NCBI RefSeq assembly: GCF_963921235.1
Contig: NW_026948187.1
Location: 6,758,001 to 6,822,000 of the forward strand
Source of the DNA: Mobula hypostoma
Taxonomy: Eukaryota
Direction: 5' to 3'
DNA: 64,000 bases
In this document: one piece after another, positions 25,549 through 38,109 of the stretch
How the letters are laid out: the number at the start of each line of letters is the position of its first letter
Numbering within the stretch: the stretch's first letter is position 1
Program-made: the position numbers and the translations under genes
The notes under the pieces: generated by a model
Told to the model about the DNA's origin: nothing
Database searches by the model: none
What the model saw: only the letters and a program-made list of their open reading frames with translations

Positions 25549-27181
25549 GGGAGGCTCTCTATTTTTCTTTACATCCCACCCTCCCGCCGCTCCCCGCTGT
25601 CCGTCTGTCCCCGAGCCTCTCATCCCCCAAATACCAGATGTGGTGCGAGTTAAGCGAATGGTTTACCAGACGATGAACGTCGCAACGTTCATTATCCTGA
25701 CCTCTGCCTCCAGCATGTTCAAAGAGACAGATGTAGAACACTGCATTGTGTCGGAAATCTTCACTGGTTAGTCTGTGTTTCTGTCTGACATCCTGTGCAA
25801 ACTTATATAATTCTGAACGGTTATAGTTGAAGAGCGTCTGTCTTCACTCGCAATTCATACCTACCCTCCGCAAATTAGATTATCCGCTGAGGGCCCCCTG
25901 ACCTCTGGCACCATCCCGACTGTGGGGTATAAAACATTAGAAGGCCGGATATGAGTCACCGGCGGCAAGTGGAACGGCAGAGATCGGGACGCGGGACTGT
26001 GACGTCATCGGTAGCGCCACTGCCCTGGACCTGGTCTTTCCGTTTCTCACGCCGCACCGCTCGGTTTTATTGTGACCCTGAGAGATCAGACAGGTCGTGG
26101 CCTCGGATGCACGGAGAGAAGTCAAGAGCAGGTGAGGGAGGAAAGTGAGGACGGAGTTCAATAGAGGAAGATAGAAAGCAGAGAGAGGGTGAGAGCGAAA
26201 GGATGAGATAAAGATGGAAGACGGAAAAACGGAAAGCGGGTGTGCAGAGGAAAGAGATGGAGAGGAGATGCGTGTGGGTGCTCGAGGGTCGGCAGATAAA
26301 ATGACAGAGGATAAGTGGAGCAGTGAGAGGGAGAGTCCGAGAGAGAGACAGAGAGAAAGGGAGAGAGAATTTTGCAGTGCAGGAAGCCACAAATTATATT
26401 TTTTTCCGAATCGGATCTTGACTCCCAAACTCGGTTCGTCATATATTCTTCAGGAAGAATGGAAGAAGTTGGGAAGGTGAAAGGAACTGGTGGTTTTCGG
26501 TCTCTGTAAAGTCTCAAAAAGCCGAGAGATTTATCAAATAGATAGATAGACAGGCAGACAGACAGATAGACAGATAAGGAGATAGATTAGGAAAAAGGGA
26601 AACGAAAATCTGTGTATGGGGAGTTGGGGGGTGGGAGGGAGAGAGGGGGGAAGGGAGAGAATGGGAAAGGGAAAACGAGTGTGCGGTGGGCTAGAGGNNN
26701 NNNNNNNNNNNNNNNNNNNNNNNNNNNNNNNNNNNNNNNNNNNNNNNNNNNNNNNNNNNNNNNNNNNNNNNNNNNNNNNNNNNNNNNNNNNNNNNNNNNN
26801 NNNNNNNNNNNNNNNNNNNNNNNNNNNNNNNNNNNNNNNNNNNNNNNNNNNNNNNNNNNNNNNNNNNNNNNNNNNNNNNNNNNNNNNNNNNNNNNNNNNN
26901 NNNNNNNNNNNNNNNNNNNNNNNNNNNNNNNNNNNNNNNNNNNNNNNNNNNNNNNNNNNNNNNNNNNNNNNNNNNNNNNNNNNNNNNNNNNNNNNNNNNN
27001 NNNNNNNNNNNNNNNNNNNNNNNNNNNNNNNNNNNNNNNNNNNNNNNNNNNNNNNNNNNNNNNNNNNNNNNNNNNNNNNNNNNNNNNNNNNNNNNNNNNN
27101 NNNNNNNNNNNNNNCAAAGTTTTTCTCCACAAATACCTGATGGGGTGAGGACTTGGACGGGGATGACGAAAGTTCTCCCGG

Positions 27182-27189
27182 ATTTGCAT
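27182..27189 (+). promoter_or_regulatory. Octamer ATTTGCAT ~130 bp upstream of the family-A leader, with ATTGG and GTCACGTG nearby
   Basis: Exact motif; also present at 21222-21229 and, on the minus strand, at 41475-41482. Confidence 0.75.
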
Positions 27190-27317
27190 ATCGCTTCTGA
27201 TTGGTTGATTGTGGTCACGTGCGCGTCCAGCCAGCACCATGCGCAAGCGCACATGTAAAAGGGACCGCTCAGTCAGTCCTCCCCGGTCCCGCATATGTTT
27301 CTGATTCCCAAAGAGCG

Positions 27318-28300
27318 ATGTTACTGTTACTGTCAGTCGTGCTCGTGTTTGAATGTAAATTAATATTTACAACCGCGTGTCACTTCTTCCCCTTTTTCGC
27401 TTATCGGGTTTTCTTGATAGCGATTATTTTTCAGATCACGAATCCCCTGTGCATGAATTCGATTCATGTCTTCTCTCCGTCCTCAGTCCGGCTAGCGTGG
27501 TCTCGATTGCTTCATTACTCGCTCCGTCATCCGTCCTCTGTCCTACACACTCTATCTAACTCTCTCTATTCCCTCCATCAAACACTCTTTTGTCTACCGT
27601 CCGGTCTCTTCCTCTCTTTTCTGTCTTGTTAACTCCTCCAGCCCTATTTTCTGGCATCTTCCTATTCTACCTTTCTCTACTTTCTCAATAGCTCCTTCGA
27701 TACTCTCTGTCTGTCCCCCTCTCTTTTAACCCTCAGCCGTGCACATCTGCTCTCTCCTGTATCTCTCCATGTTACATTTCTCCATTCCTTTCCCTGTTTG
27801 CGGTCTTTAGAGTCTCACTACCCGCTCTGCTACACTCCCTCTCACACTGACGCTCTCTCTGCCCCTCTAACTCTCTCCTCCCCCTCTCTTTCCTTCCCTA
27901 TCACTCGCCCACCTCTGCTTCTTTCGGCAGATCTGCATTCTCCCTTTTGCCGTTTTCCAGACTCTCCTTCCTTGCTGACAGTCCGCATCTGCCCCTTTCC
28001 TTCCCAGATGTCGGCTCGGTGACCATTGACCAGAGGCCGGCGGCCGTGACGGGACGGCCCGGGGAAGAGATCGAGCTGAGATGCACCGTGGACAGCAGTG
28101 ACGACTGGATGTACTGGTACAGACACCACGCCGGCAGGGAGATCCAGATCCTCTTTTACTCCCTGAACAGCGAGCACGTCGACAGGATGGGCTCGGTGGA
28201 CGGGTTCACCCCGCAGAGAGTGAGCGGCAATCAGTTCCATCTGAAGTCCACCCTCCAGCGGGCGAACCAGTCGGCCGTCTACTTCTGCGCCTGGAGTCTT
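27318..28300 (+). CDS. TRBV: TCR V segment, family A (VA1), apparently functional: leader 27318-27354, V exon 28008-28300
   Basis: Leader MLLLLSVVLVFE, donor GTAAAT, acceptor TTCCCAG; V: VGSVTIDQRP..LRCTVDSSDDWMYWYRHHAG..ANQSAVYFCAWSL. Confidence 0.93.
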
Positions 28301-28339
28301 CACAGTGACGCAAAGACCGGGCGTCGCTCTACAAAAACA
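28301..28339 (+). other. 23-RSS of VA1
   Basis: CACAGTG-23-ACAAAAACA. Confidence 0.96.
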
Positions 28340-29259
28340 CTCGGCGTTCAACCCAGTCAAATATCCCAGCTGGGCTGCAGGTGCCTCGGCTGTCAATAGG
28401 GGGCGGTATTTCCGAGCGTTTTGCCGAGAGCAGTTAAATTAGTTTCTGTTTTCACATCTGCCAACACAAATTAAAAACAATCTGCCCTCCATATCTTTGA
28501 TAGAGATTAAATTGGACTCTCTCTACATCATGGTAGAATACGTTGAAACAATAACGGAATGCAGACTGAAGTATTGTAGTTACGGAAGGAGCGAAGTGCA
28601 GGCATCCCAGGGTCACTGTGAGATCAAGTGTCCATCTGATGGTTCATTAGTTTGATAACAGCGGGGTAGAGGGTGCCCTTGCGCCTGCCGGGACCTGCTT
28701 TCAGTCTCCTGTGTCTGCAGACCGATGGGAAAAGGAGGATGTGTGAGCGTGTGGTGTGGGTGGGGTCTTACATCTCCTAGTTCCGTCACCCCGCCGCCCC
28801 CACCCTCCAAGCTCGTTAAAGTTACTTCCCTGCCCTGCTGGCTTTCTGAAAGTAGCTTTCCATCTTCCAGCGATCGAATTGCCCTCACTTCCCTGAACGC
28901 ACATCCGCCATACTCTACGATCCCTCGCTCCCTTACTACCAGATGTTTTAACCCATTTCTCGCTGACTTACTCTCTGTTCTTTCTGGTTTTCGCACTCAG
29001 CAATCGGTCGCTTGGGTAGTCAGTCCGGTCTTTCTGACCAACTACCTATCTGCCTGTGAGCCCTGATATTTCCTTTTAAGCAACACGCACAACACACTGG
29101 GGGAACTGATCAGGTTAGGCAGCATCTATGGGAATGGGTACACCGTCGACTTCTCCGTCCGACATCTTTCTTCAGTGAAAGGGGAAAGACGCCAAAATTC
29201 AATAGCTGTGTGGAGCGTTCGGAGGATAGCAAGAAGGTGATAGGTGAAGCCAGGTGATT

Positions 29260-29830
29260 CGGTCCAACCTGCGATACGGCCAACGTCAGTGGTGTCATCA
29301 GCCGATTTAAATACGGCATTGGAATTGCGCTGGAGTTTCACGTCATTATATAAAAAGCAAAGAGTGAAGACAGGCTTCCAGACAGCTGCGTATTACTGCA
29401 GCTCTGCTGATGGTGATTCTGGAGTAAATGTGGCGAATCGGAACCGACTGGTGTCTACGAGTGAGTAATTCAATGATACAATTTCCCAAGCAGCTCTTGA
29501 GGCCAGGGGCATGTGTCTTGTTGCTTAATGTTGAGGTGATGATGGTATTGAATGGAGAGCTGTAGCGAGAGAAGCGCATCCTGACGTATGACTCTGCCCT
29601 GTCCAGATGTTGCAGAGTTGAGGGAGGAGCCAATAAAATGACGTCAGCTGTAGACCTGTTGCAAGGGTAGACAAACTGGAGTGGAGATAAATCGTTCATG
29701 TATTTCGTCACCAACCTCTCAAAGCGCTTCATCCCGATGGACGTGCGGGCTGCTGGACGACAGTCATCGAGGCAGATTATCACTTCTTCTCGGGTGCCCG
29801 TAAAATTAAAGCCTACTCGGACCAAATGGG
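29260..29830 (-). mobile_element. Degenerate Rex1/Babar RT fragment (V8 3' flank)
   Basis: MNDLSPLQFVYPCNRSTADVILLA..YVRMRFSRYSSPFNTII. Confidence 0.75.
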
Positions 29831-30301
29831 TTTCGCAGACTGCCGACTGGAGTGCTTAAAGATCTCGGTGATCTCTCCAGTAAACAGGCTAAGGTACAAA
29901 TTCTCCTCTCTGTCCGAAAGTCGGACTGGACAAGTTCCTATGTTCGATGGGCTCCGGTTGCTAATTCCATCTCTGTGTGACACTGAATGGGATTCTTTAA
30001 GGATTGGGGGAGGCCAACGTGTAAGTATTTTGTCTCTAGTTATAGTGGTTTATTCGGCTTCCTGTGACTCTAAAGGAATAGGGAAATGTAAATCTACGGT
30101 GAGAGGATGGAAGTAACAGCAGCAATTTCGTGGCACTCGGTGCCCCATTCCGACTCAGGACCATTAGCTCGACGCGTTGTCTCCCATACCAATTTCCCAT
30201 TGGGTGCTGAACACCAAGCGCGGTGACGTCAGTTGTCAGGTGTTGACATGTGACGCATCTCCTCTCTCTGCTGACGTCAGCCAAACCCACACAGACTGTG
30301 A

Positions 30302-30340
30302 GGTTTTTGTTCGGCGTCTCCGTCTCTCTGAGTCGCCGTG
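30302..30340 (-). other. 23-RSS of V8
   Basis: CACGGCG-23-ACAAAAACC. Confidence 0.93.
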
Positions 30341-31018
30341 ATATCTCCAGGCGCAGAAATACACGGCCGACGAATTCGCCTGGAGACCGGAGGAGTTCAG
30401 ATAGAACTCGTTGAGACTCGGTCTCCCCGCCGTGAAGCCGCCCACTGGGCCCGGCGGCTGCACGGATTTGGTTATGCTCGAGGTGAAAAGGAGCTGGGGT
30501 TCGTTTCCCCGGTATTGTCTGTACCAGAAGAGATAATTAGTACTGTCGCTGCTCATCCCCTCGACTGTGCATTCCAGCACCACCTTCTCGCCGGGAGGAG
30601 CGGAGAATGCCGGAGTCTGGTGAATCGTCACTGAGGTGGCATCTGGAAAAGAGACAGAAATCGGAAGAGGATGAATATTGCATTTTGCGGTGAATTTTGG
30701 GAAGCGGGGAAGGAAGGTGAACAGAAGGCATCGGAGAAGCGCGGTAGGGTCAATCAACTTGGAGACCCGGGGCAGTGGAGGAGAACGAGTCAATGAGGTC
30801 GTTTGAAGAGCGGGGACTTGGAACGGAGGGAGATAAAGACGGAAGATGATTAGAGTTCAATAGGAATTGCGGACAAAGTTGGAGTAAGAATGACACCAGT
30901 CAGTATACACGGGTTAGATCACGCAGGGAAATGGCGGACGAAAGAGAGAAAAATAAATAACTATTTGCAAGTTTCACTCACGCTGGATGGAGAGGATCAG
31001 ATGCAGGAACAGCAACAT
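30341..31018 (-). CDS. TRBV: TCR V segment, family B2 (V8), apparently functional: leader 30982-31018, V exon 30341-30642
   Basis: Leader MLLFLHLILSIQ, donor GTGAGT; V: ATSVTIHQTP..LECTVEGMSSDSTNYLFWYRQ..ANSSAVYFCAWRY. Confidence 0.92.
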
Positions 31019-32139
31019 GTTTGTGGGGCGCTTCTTCTCTCAGTAATGGAAGAGGTGATAACGGCAGCAATACAGTTTTAACCTTTCATTTCGCTCCTTC
31101 CGTATCTCTGTGAGAGAGGGAGTTAGGATAGGCCACGCCCACATCCACTCGAGCCAATCGGAATGCAGACCTGTATCAATCGCCCCGCCGAATCCCCGCA
31201 CCTCCCCCACCACCCCCCGGTCTCCAAGCTCGTTGCAGTCTCTTCTCCATCCTGGTAGTTTTCTGTACTTCTCCCTGCTTCTCTCCTGATGGATTCTCAT
31301 GCATGTAATAAGACCCGTTATCGGAGCGCATCAGTAACATCGTCAGAAATTGTTGTGCCTTCGAACTCCGGTTCTACCTCTCNNNNNNNNNNNNNNNNNN
31401 NNNNNNNNNNNNNNNNNNNNNNNNNNNNNNNNNNNNNNNNNNNNNNNNNNNNNNNNNNNNNNNNNNNNNNNNNNNNNNNNNNNNNNNNNNNNNNNNNNNN
31501 NNNNNNNNNNNNNNNNNNNNNNNNNNNNNNNNNNNNNNNNNNNNNNNNNNNNNNNNNNNNNNCCCCCCGATCTGAATTGTCTCTATCATTCAGCGACGCG
31601 GGTTCTGTGTCAGGAGTTGGTGAGATTTTCCCGTCACGGTGCAGTTTTCCTCGCGGTGCTCCGGTTTCCTCCCAGATTCCATGACCTGCGGTTTAGTAGA
31701 TGGTTTCGCTTTGTCCTACTCAGCAACCAGTCTCTCTATCAGTCAGTCCAGTCCATCTGACTTTCTACCCATCTGCCCGTGTGCGCAGATATATATTTTC
31801 AGACAACACACATAAAACGCTGGAGGTAGACAGCTTCTACAGAAATGAATGAGCAGTCGATATTTCGGGCCTGGATAAAAAGTTGGGCAGACGATTAAGC
31901 CAGGTGTGATGGAAAGACTTCTGGCTTAACCCTGGATTGGTATCATTTGACGGGAGAGCAGAGTGGACAGTAGTGGACAGGGTAGGGGGAAGCCATTTCG
32001 GGGGCAATGAAAGGAAGGTCAGAAGAGGTGAAAGGTCAGAGTGGAGGACAGAGCAGGTGGGCTGGAAGGAGTGATCGATATTCATGCCATCAGATTGGAG
32101 GCTACACAGCCGAAATACAACTTATTGTTCCTCCAACCT

Positions 32140-34086
32140 TAGAGAGACTTAGGGCCTTGCTGGCCAATTTTGGTATAGTGTCGGGTTATAAAATAAATTG
32201 GAATAAATGTGAAATTTTACCTTACGCTAAAGGAGACTATGCCCAATATCAATATGGCACTCAGTTTAGATGGGTAAAATTCAACATGAAGTATCTGGGG
32301 ATTAAGTTTAATCGTAATTTGGATGATCTTTATAAACTTTATTATCTCCCCTTGCTGCGGAATGTAGAGGAGGATCTGCGTAGGTGGATAAACCTTTCCA
32401 ACACACTGATGGGCAGGGTAAGCTGTATAAAAATGAAGATAATGCCAAGAGCTCAGTATTTTTTTCAGTCTTTACCAATCCCATTACCCGAAAAATTTTT
32501 TAAGATTCTCAATGGACATATTCGTATACTTTTATGGTCGGGTAAAATATCTAGAATCTCCATGGAAAAATTGACCTGGGACTATAAATTGGGAGGTTTA
32601 AAATTACCAGATTTAAAAAAAATATTATTCAGCTGCACAAGCACGTTTTATTGCTTATTTTTTTGATGAGACAACTATTCCTTCTTGGGTTACAATCGGC
32701 TTACAAATGGTAGGAGAAGAGATGGCAGATGAATTTTTATAGAAATGGGGCGCCAAATTAATTAAAAAGAAAACTAATAATTCTCCACTCAGACAGGTAA
32801 TTTATATCTGGGAAACAAATTAAACATTTTATGGGTCTAAAAAAGGAATATCCTCAAGGCCGCCTCTATCTCAGAACAGATTAATACCCATGACTCTGCG
32901 TAATAATTTTCTAGTCACCTGGTATCAACACGATATCAGGTGCATTGAAGATTGTTGTAATCAGCAGAAGCAATTTATGTCTTTTTGAGGGACTGATAAA
33001 TAGATATAATTAATCTAAAACACATTCTTCTGCTATCTCCAATTACGATCTGTTTTGAGGGACTGTTTGGGTCCATCACTGATCGTACCAAGGTGCTCAG
33101 ACATGGAGGCTCTAATTCGAAAGGGGAATACGACTAAACTTATTTCTAATATGTATTCTTTATTCCAGGTCCAATGCCCAAAGTTTGGTATATACAGATC
33201 GAGGGAGAAATGGGAGTCCGATTTAAACATTGTAATTGTTCATCAATGTTGGTCACATCCATGTGTTACCACTCTTATCAACTCTAGGCACAGAATGATA
33301 CGTATTAATTTTTTACATCACTTGTATCTCACACCTGAAAAAAATACATAAAAATAAACCAGAAATTTCTGGCAAGGGTTTCAGGAGTGGCATAGATGTA
33401 GGCACCGTTTTGCATTCCACTTGTCTATGCACAAAACTGTGATGTTTTTGGATAGATCTGGGGGAGGTACCAGGAAAGATTCTGGGGATTGATTTCCCTC
33501 TAGACCCAGAATTGTTTCTCCTGGGGAACTTAGCAGTTTTAAAAGTTAACCTCCTCAGAAATAAATCCAAATTTATCAGTGGCGTTGTCAGTGGCTAGGA
33601 AATGCATAGCGGTAACAAGGCAATCCGATTCCCTTGGTACATATTGATCGTTGGAATAGAGAAATACAAAGTGGTATGCCCCAGGAGAAGATTACTTATA
33701 CCCTTTGGAATGAATACACTATGTTCATTGAGATCTCGCAACCATATTTGGATTACTTATGCCCAGATTGTTTAATTAATTTATTTTTTAATTAATATAT
33801 CCCTTATTATAAGCTAGTTGCATTAATTTGTATTTTAAACAACCCTGAGAGCTGGACGCCTACTCTTTCTTTTATTCTCTTTCCTTGTTTCTTGTCTCTT
33901 CTCGTTCCTCTGTCTTTTATGGGTTTTTTTCCTCCCTCCTTTTTTCTAATGAGGGGAGATGGTGTTGGGATAGGTGTTTTTTTTTCTCCTGGACTTATTA
34001 ATGTATTTGAATTATTTTTTTCAATTGTTGTATTAAATGAGTTTATATTTCTTCTTTTAAAAATAAATAAAATATTTCAAAAAAAA
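32140..34086 (+). mobile_element. 5'-truncated L1-clade LINE (ORF2 C-terminal part, 3'UTR, poly-A)
   Basis: FGIVSGYKINWNKCEIL..MKYLGI..GRVSCIKMKIMPR..YFFQSLPI..GGLKLPD; AT-rich; ends AATAAA..A-run. Confidence 0.85.
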
Positions 34087-34599
34087 GAAGAGGTGCAAGG
34101 TCAGAGTGGAAAGAGCAGGTTGGGTGGAAGGAGAGATCGATATTCATGCCATCGGATTGGAGGCTACACGGCCGAAATACAACCTACTGTTCCTCCAACC
34201 TGAGGCTGCCTGGCACGGGAGGAGACCATGGGCCGACGAAACCGTCGACCATTCGGGCCGAACCCTTCTTCCGGACTAGAGAGGGAGGGAGAAGATGCCA
34301 GAATAAAAAGATGGGGGAGGGGGGGAAGTAGAAGGAGGATAGCAAGAGGGTGATAGGTGAAGCAGGGTGGACAAGAGGATAAAGAGCTGGAGAGGAAGAT
34401 AGGAGGGGAGAGCGGACCATAGGAGGAAGGGGAGGAGGAGGAGGGAACCATGGGGGAGGTGATCAGCAGCTGAAAAGGCGAGACGGGGCATTTTTCCTAG
34501 TGGCTGGTACGCGCTAGACGCAGAACAGATCTGCTCAGATGGTAATACCGAGGGATTTACTATCTGCAGGTCCTCTCCACCACTGATCCCCTGATGATC

Positions 34600-35310
34600 T
34601 CTGGCTCTTGGAACTCCGGTTTCCTCACCCCTGTATTCAATAATCACCTCTCTGATTTTTAATTACGTTGAGTGAGATGTTGTAGTGTTGGGAACATTCA
34701 GACGGATGTCCAATCACCGTCCGAGACGCTGATTCGGTCCACCTTCTAATACGGCCAGCGTCAGTGGTGTCATCAACCGACTTAAATACGGCGTTGGAGT
34801 TGCGGTGGAGTCTCACTATCATTAGTGTAAAAGGCAAAGAGAGAAGGCAGGTTTCCAGACCCACTGCCTTTCACTGCGGCTCCGCTGATGGTGATTCTGG
34901 AGTAAATGTTGCGAATCCGAACTGACTGGGGTCTACAAGTGAGTAATTCAATGATACAATTTCCCAAGCAGCTCTTGAGGCCAGGGGCATGTGTCTTGTT
35001 GCTTAATGTTGAGGTGATGATGGTATTGAATGGAGAGATGTAGCGAGAGAAGCCCATCCTGACGTATGACTCTGCCCTGTCCAGATGTTGCAGAGTTGAG
35101 GGAGGAGCCAATAAAATGACGTCAGCTGTAGACCTGTTGCAAGGGTAGACAAACTGGAGTGGAGATAAATCGTTCATGTATTTCATCACCAACCTCTCAA
35201 AGCGCTTCATCCCTGTGGACGTGCGGGCTGCTGGACGACAGTCATCGAGGCAGGTTATCGGTTCTACTCGGGTGCCCGTAAAATTAAAGCCTACTCGGAG
35301 CAAATGGGTT
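34600..35310 (-). mobile_element. Degenerate Rex1/Babar RT fragment (V9 3' flank)
   Basis: Same RT motifs as at 7.3 kb and 29.3 kb. Confidence 0.75.
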
Positions 35311-35777
35311 TCGCAGACTGCCGACTAGAGTGCTTAAAGATCTCGGTGATCTCTCCAGCAAACAGGCTCAGGTACAAATTCTCCTCTCTGTCCGCAAGTC
35401 GGACATGACAAGTTCCTATGTTCGATGGGCTTCGGTTGCTAATTCCATGTCTGTGTGACACTGAATGGGACGCTGTATAAGGATTGGGGGAGGACAACAT
35501 GTGAATACTTTTCACTGGTTATAGTGGTTTATTCGGCTGCCTGTGACTCTGAAGTGACAGGGAAATGTAAATCTACGGCGAGAGGATGGAAGTAACAGCT
35601 GCAATTTCGTGGCACTCGGTGCCCCATTCCGACTCCGGACATTACCTCGATGCTTTGTCTCAATACTAGTTTCCCATTGGCTACGTGGCGCCAAGCGCAG
35701 TGACGTCAATAGTCAGGTGTCGACTTGTGACGTATACCCCCCGCTGCTGACGTCAGCCAATCCGGCTCACACTCTGA

Positions 35778-35816
35778 GGTTTTTGTTCGGCGTCTCCGTC
35801 TCTCTGACTCGCCGTG
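35778..35816 (-). other. 23-RSS of V9
   Basis: CACGGCG-23-ACAAAAACC. Confidence 0.93.
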
Positions 35817-36527
35817 ATATCTCCAGGCGCAGAAATACACGGCCGACGAATTCGCCTGGAGACCGGAGGAGTTCAGATAGAACTTGTTGCTACTCGGTCT
35901 GTCTGCCGTGAAGCCGTCCACTGTGCCCGGCGGCTGCACGTTTTTAGCTACGCTCGAGGTGAAAAGGGCCTGGGGTCCGTTTCCCCGGTATTGTCTGTAC
36001 CAGAACAGGTAATTAATACTGCCGCTGCTCATCCCCTCGACTGTGCATTCCAGCTCCACCTTCGCGCCGGGAGGAGCGGAGAATGCCGGAGTCTGGTGGA
36101 TCGTAACCGTGCTGGCATCTGGAAAAGAGACGGGAAGGGGAAGACGGTGATAAACGCGTTTCATAGAGTAATTAGGACGAGGGTGTGGGGACGAAGGTGC
36201 ATGGAAGGAAAAGAAGAGATAGATTGAATGTCGTCACCGAAACCTCATCTGGAGAAGAGCAGAACGGGGTGAATAAACATGGATACCGGCGGCAATTGAG
36301 AACGATAAGGTAGATTCAAGACTGGTGACAGTGAAAAGAGAGAGTTAAAGAGTGAAGATAAATGAGTTCATGAGGATTATGGACAGGGTGGGAATGAGAC
36401 GGGTCCAGTCCATTTCGATAGGTTAGATAGTGAGGGAAATGGGAAAAGGAAGCGAGAGTAACAAATAAATATTGGGCGATTTTCACTCACAGTGGAAGGC
36501 GACGATCAGTTGCAGCAACAGCAACAT
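35817..36527 (-). CDS. TRBV: TCR V segment, family B1 (V9), apparently functional: leader 36491-36527, V exon 35817-36118
   Basis: Leader MLLLLQLIVAFH, donor GTGAGT; V: ASTVTIHQTP..LECTVEGMSSGSINYLFWYRQ..ANSSAVYFCAWRY. Confidence 0.92.
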
Positions 36528-37619
36528 GTTTGTTGGGCGTTTCTTCCCTCAGTAATGGAAGAGGTGGGTACAGCAGCGATGAATCTTCTGCCTTTGCTTT
36601 CACAGTGAAGTTGCGATTCTCTCTGAAATAATGTTAAATGCGCAATTAGGTTTGGCCACGCCCCCATCCTCTCTGGTCCAATCGGAGTGTTGATGAGTGT
36701 CAATTCCACCGCCGAATCCCCGCCCCCAATCTCGGTGCAGATGCCTCTCTCCCCTGACATCCTTCCACCCGACGGATTTGTCCTCACTTCCCTGAACGGG
36801 GGCTCTCCGTCCTCTCCCATGATTTTTTAATTCCCATCTTGCTGACCTGCTCCCTGGTCGACCTCGATGTCCAACTCCGCAACGCGTCCCTCTGTCAGTC
36901 AGTTCGTCCCATCCGACGGTCTGCCAAGCTACCCGTGTGCCCAGTAATAGATTTTAATATATTCTTCATATGTATGTATCTATTTATATAAATTAACCTA
37001 TCTAGCTATCCATCCATTTAGCTATAGATATAAATATACTCATATACACATATATAAATATCTGTCCTACAACTCGTTGTGTGCCTTTGTAAATTGATAT
37101 ACTACCTCTCCGACTGGATATTCCTCCCCGCATATGTGACCTACCCTTTTTGTCTGTTTGTCTACGTCTCTGTCGGCCTGTGCGCCTGTCCGTCTATCGG
37201 TTTATCGATCTATCTATCTGTCTGTCAAAATAACGGTCCGTCTGACTGCCTGTTTGTCCATTTTCGTGTGAGATGTTTCTAATTACACAAAGATGAACCG
37301 ATAGAGAACCAGCAGGAATGCCTGCCAGAGATAGACATGGGCGGGAGGTGGGACAGAAGAGAGCAGCGTACAACCACCTGACTTTTCGGAGAAAGACAGG
37401 AAATGGGATGTTATGTTGAAGATGTATCAGACATTGGTGAGGCCTACTTTGGAGTATTGTTTGCAGTCCTGGTCACCCAGCAACAGGAAAGGTGTAGACA
37501 AGGTTGAACGAGTACAGAGAATAAAGATTGAGTGCTACCAATTGATATCGTGCATGATTGCGTATATGGACCAGACGGGACGCAGGGTGGAAACTCGCGT
37601 CAAGGAGCACAGAGGCTGC

Positions 37620-37790
37620 ATCGATCCTGTTTTACTCCCGGAATAGCGCTCACGTCGACCCGAAGGTCCCCTTGGACGGGTTCACCGCGCAGGGAGTGAG
37701 CGGCAATCAGTTCCATCGGAAGTCCGCCCTCCAGCGGGTGAACCAGTTGGCCATCTACTACTGCGCCTGAAGTCCTCACAAAAACACTCA
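37620..37790 (+). pseudogene. Family-A V pseudogene, 3' half only, with collapsed RSS
   Basis: ILFYSRNSAHVDPKVPLDGFTAQGVSGNQFH..AIYYCA* (W->TGA), then CACAAAAACAC; the 5' end is fused to a GIY-YIG-like fragment (DQTGRRVETRVKEHRG). Confidence 0.85.
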
Positions 37791-38109
37791 GCGTTCAACC
37801 CAGTCAAATTTTCCAGCTGGGCAGTGGGTGCTTCGGCTGTCAATCAATCGGAGGGGGCGGGGACTGAAACTGAATTGCCGAGGGCAGCAAAATTATTTTC
37901 TCATTTCCACATCTAACAACCCAGAATGAAAAACCAGTTTCTTCAGATTAAATCTGATGTCAGTGTCAAGGTGGAACAAGGTCAGACGGTTACAGAATGC
38001 AGAATAAAATGTTATAGATACAGATAGACAGGCAGATGTTTAGGATAAGAGTCCATCTTATCGTTTAATACTCTGATAACAGCGGGTGAGAAGCGGTATG
38101 TCATATATA

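Noticed and set aside
25940-26110. CpG-rich patch with TGACGTCA (26000-26007; mirror 42385-42392) as a shared enhancer of the divergent pair
   Set aside because: A single motif present only in two near-identical copies; not enough evidence to call.
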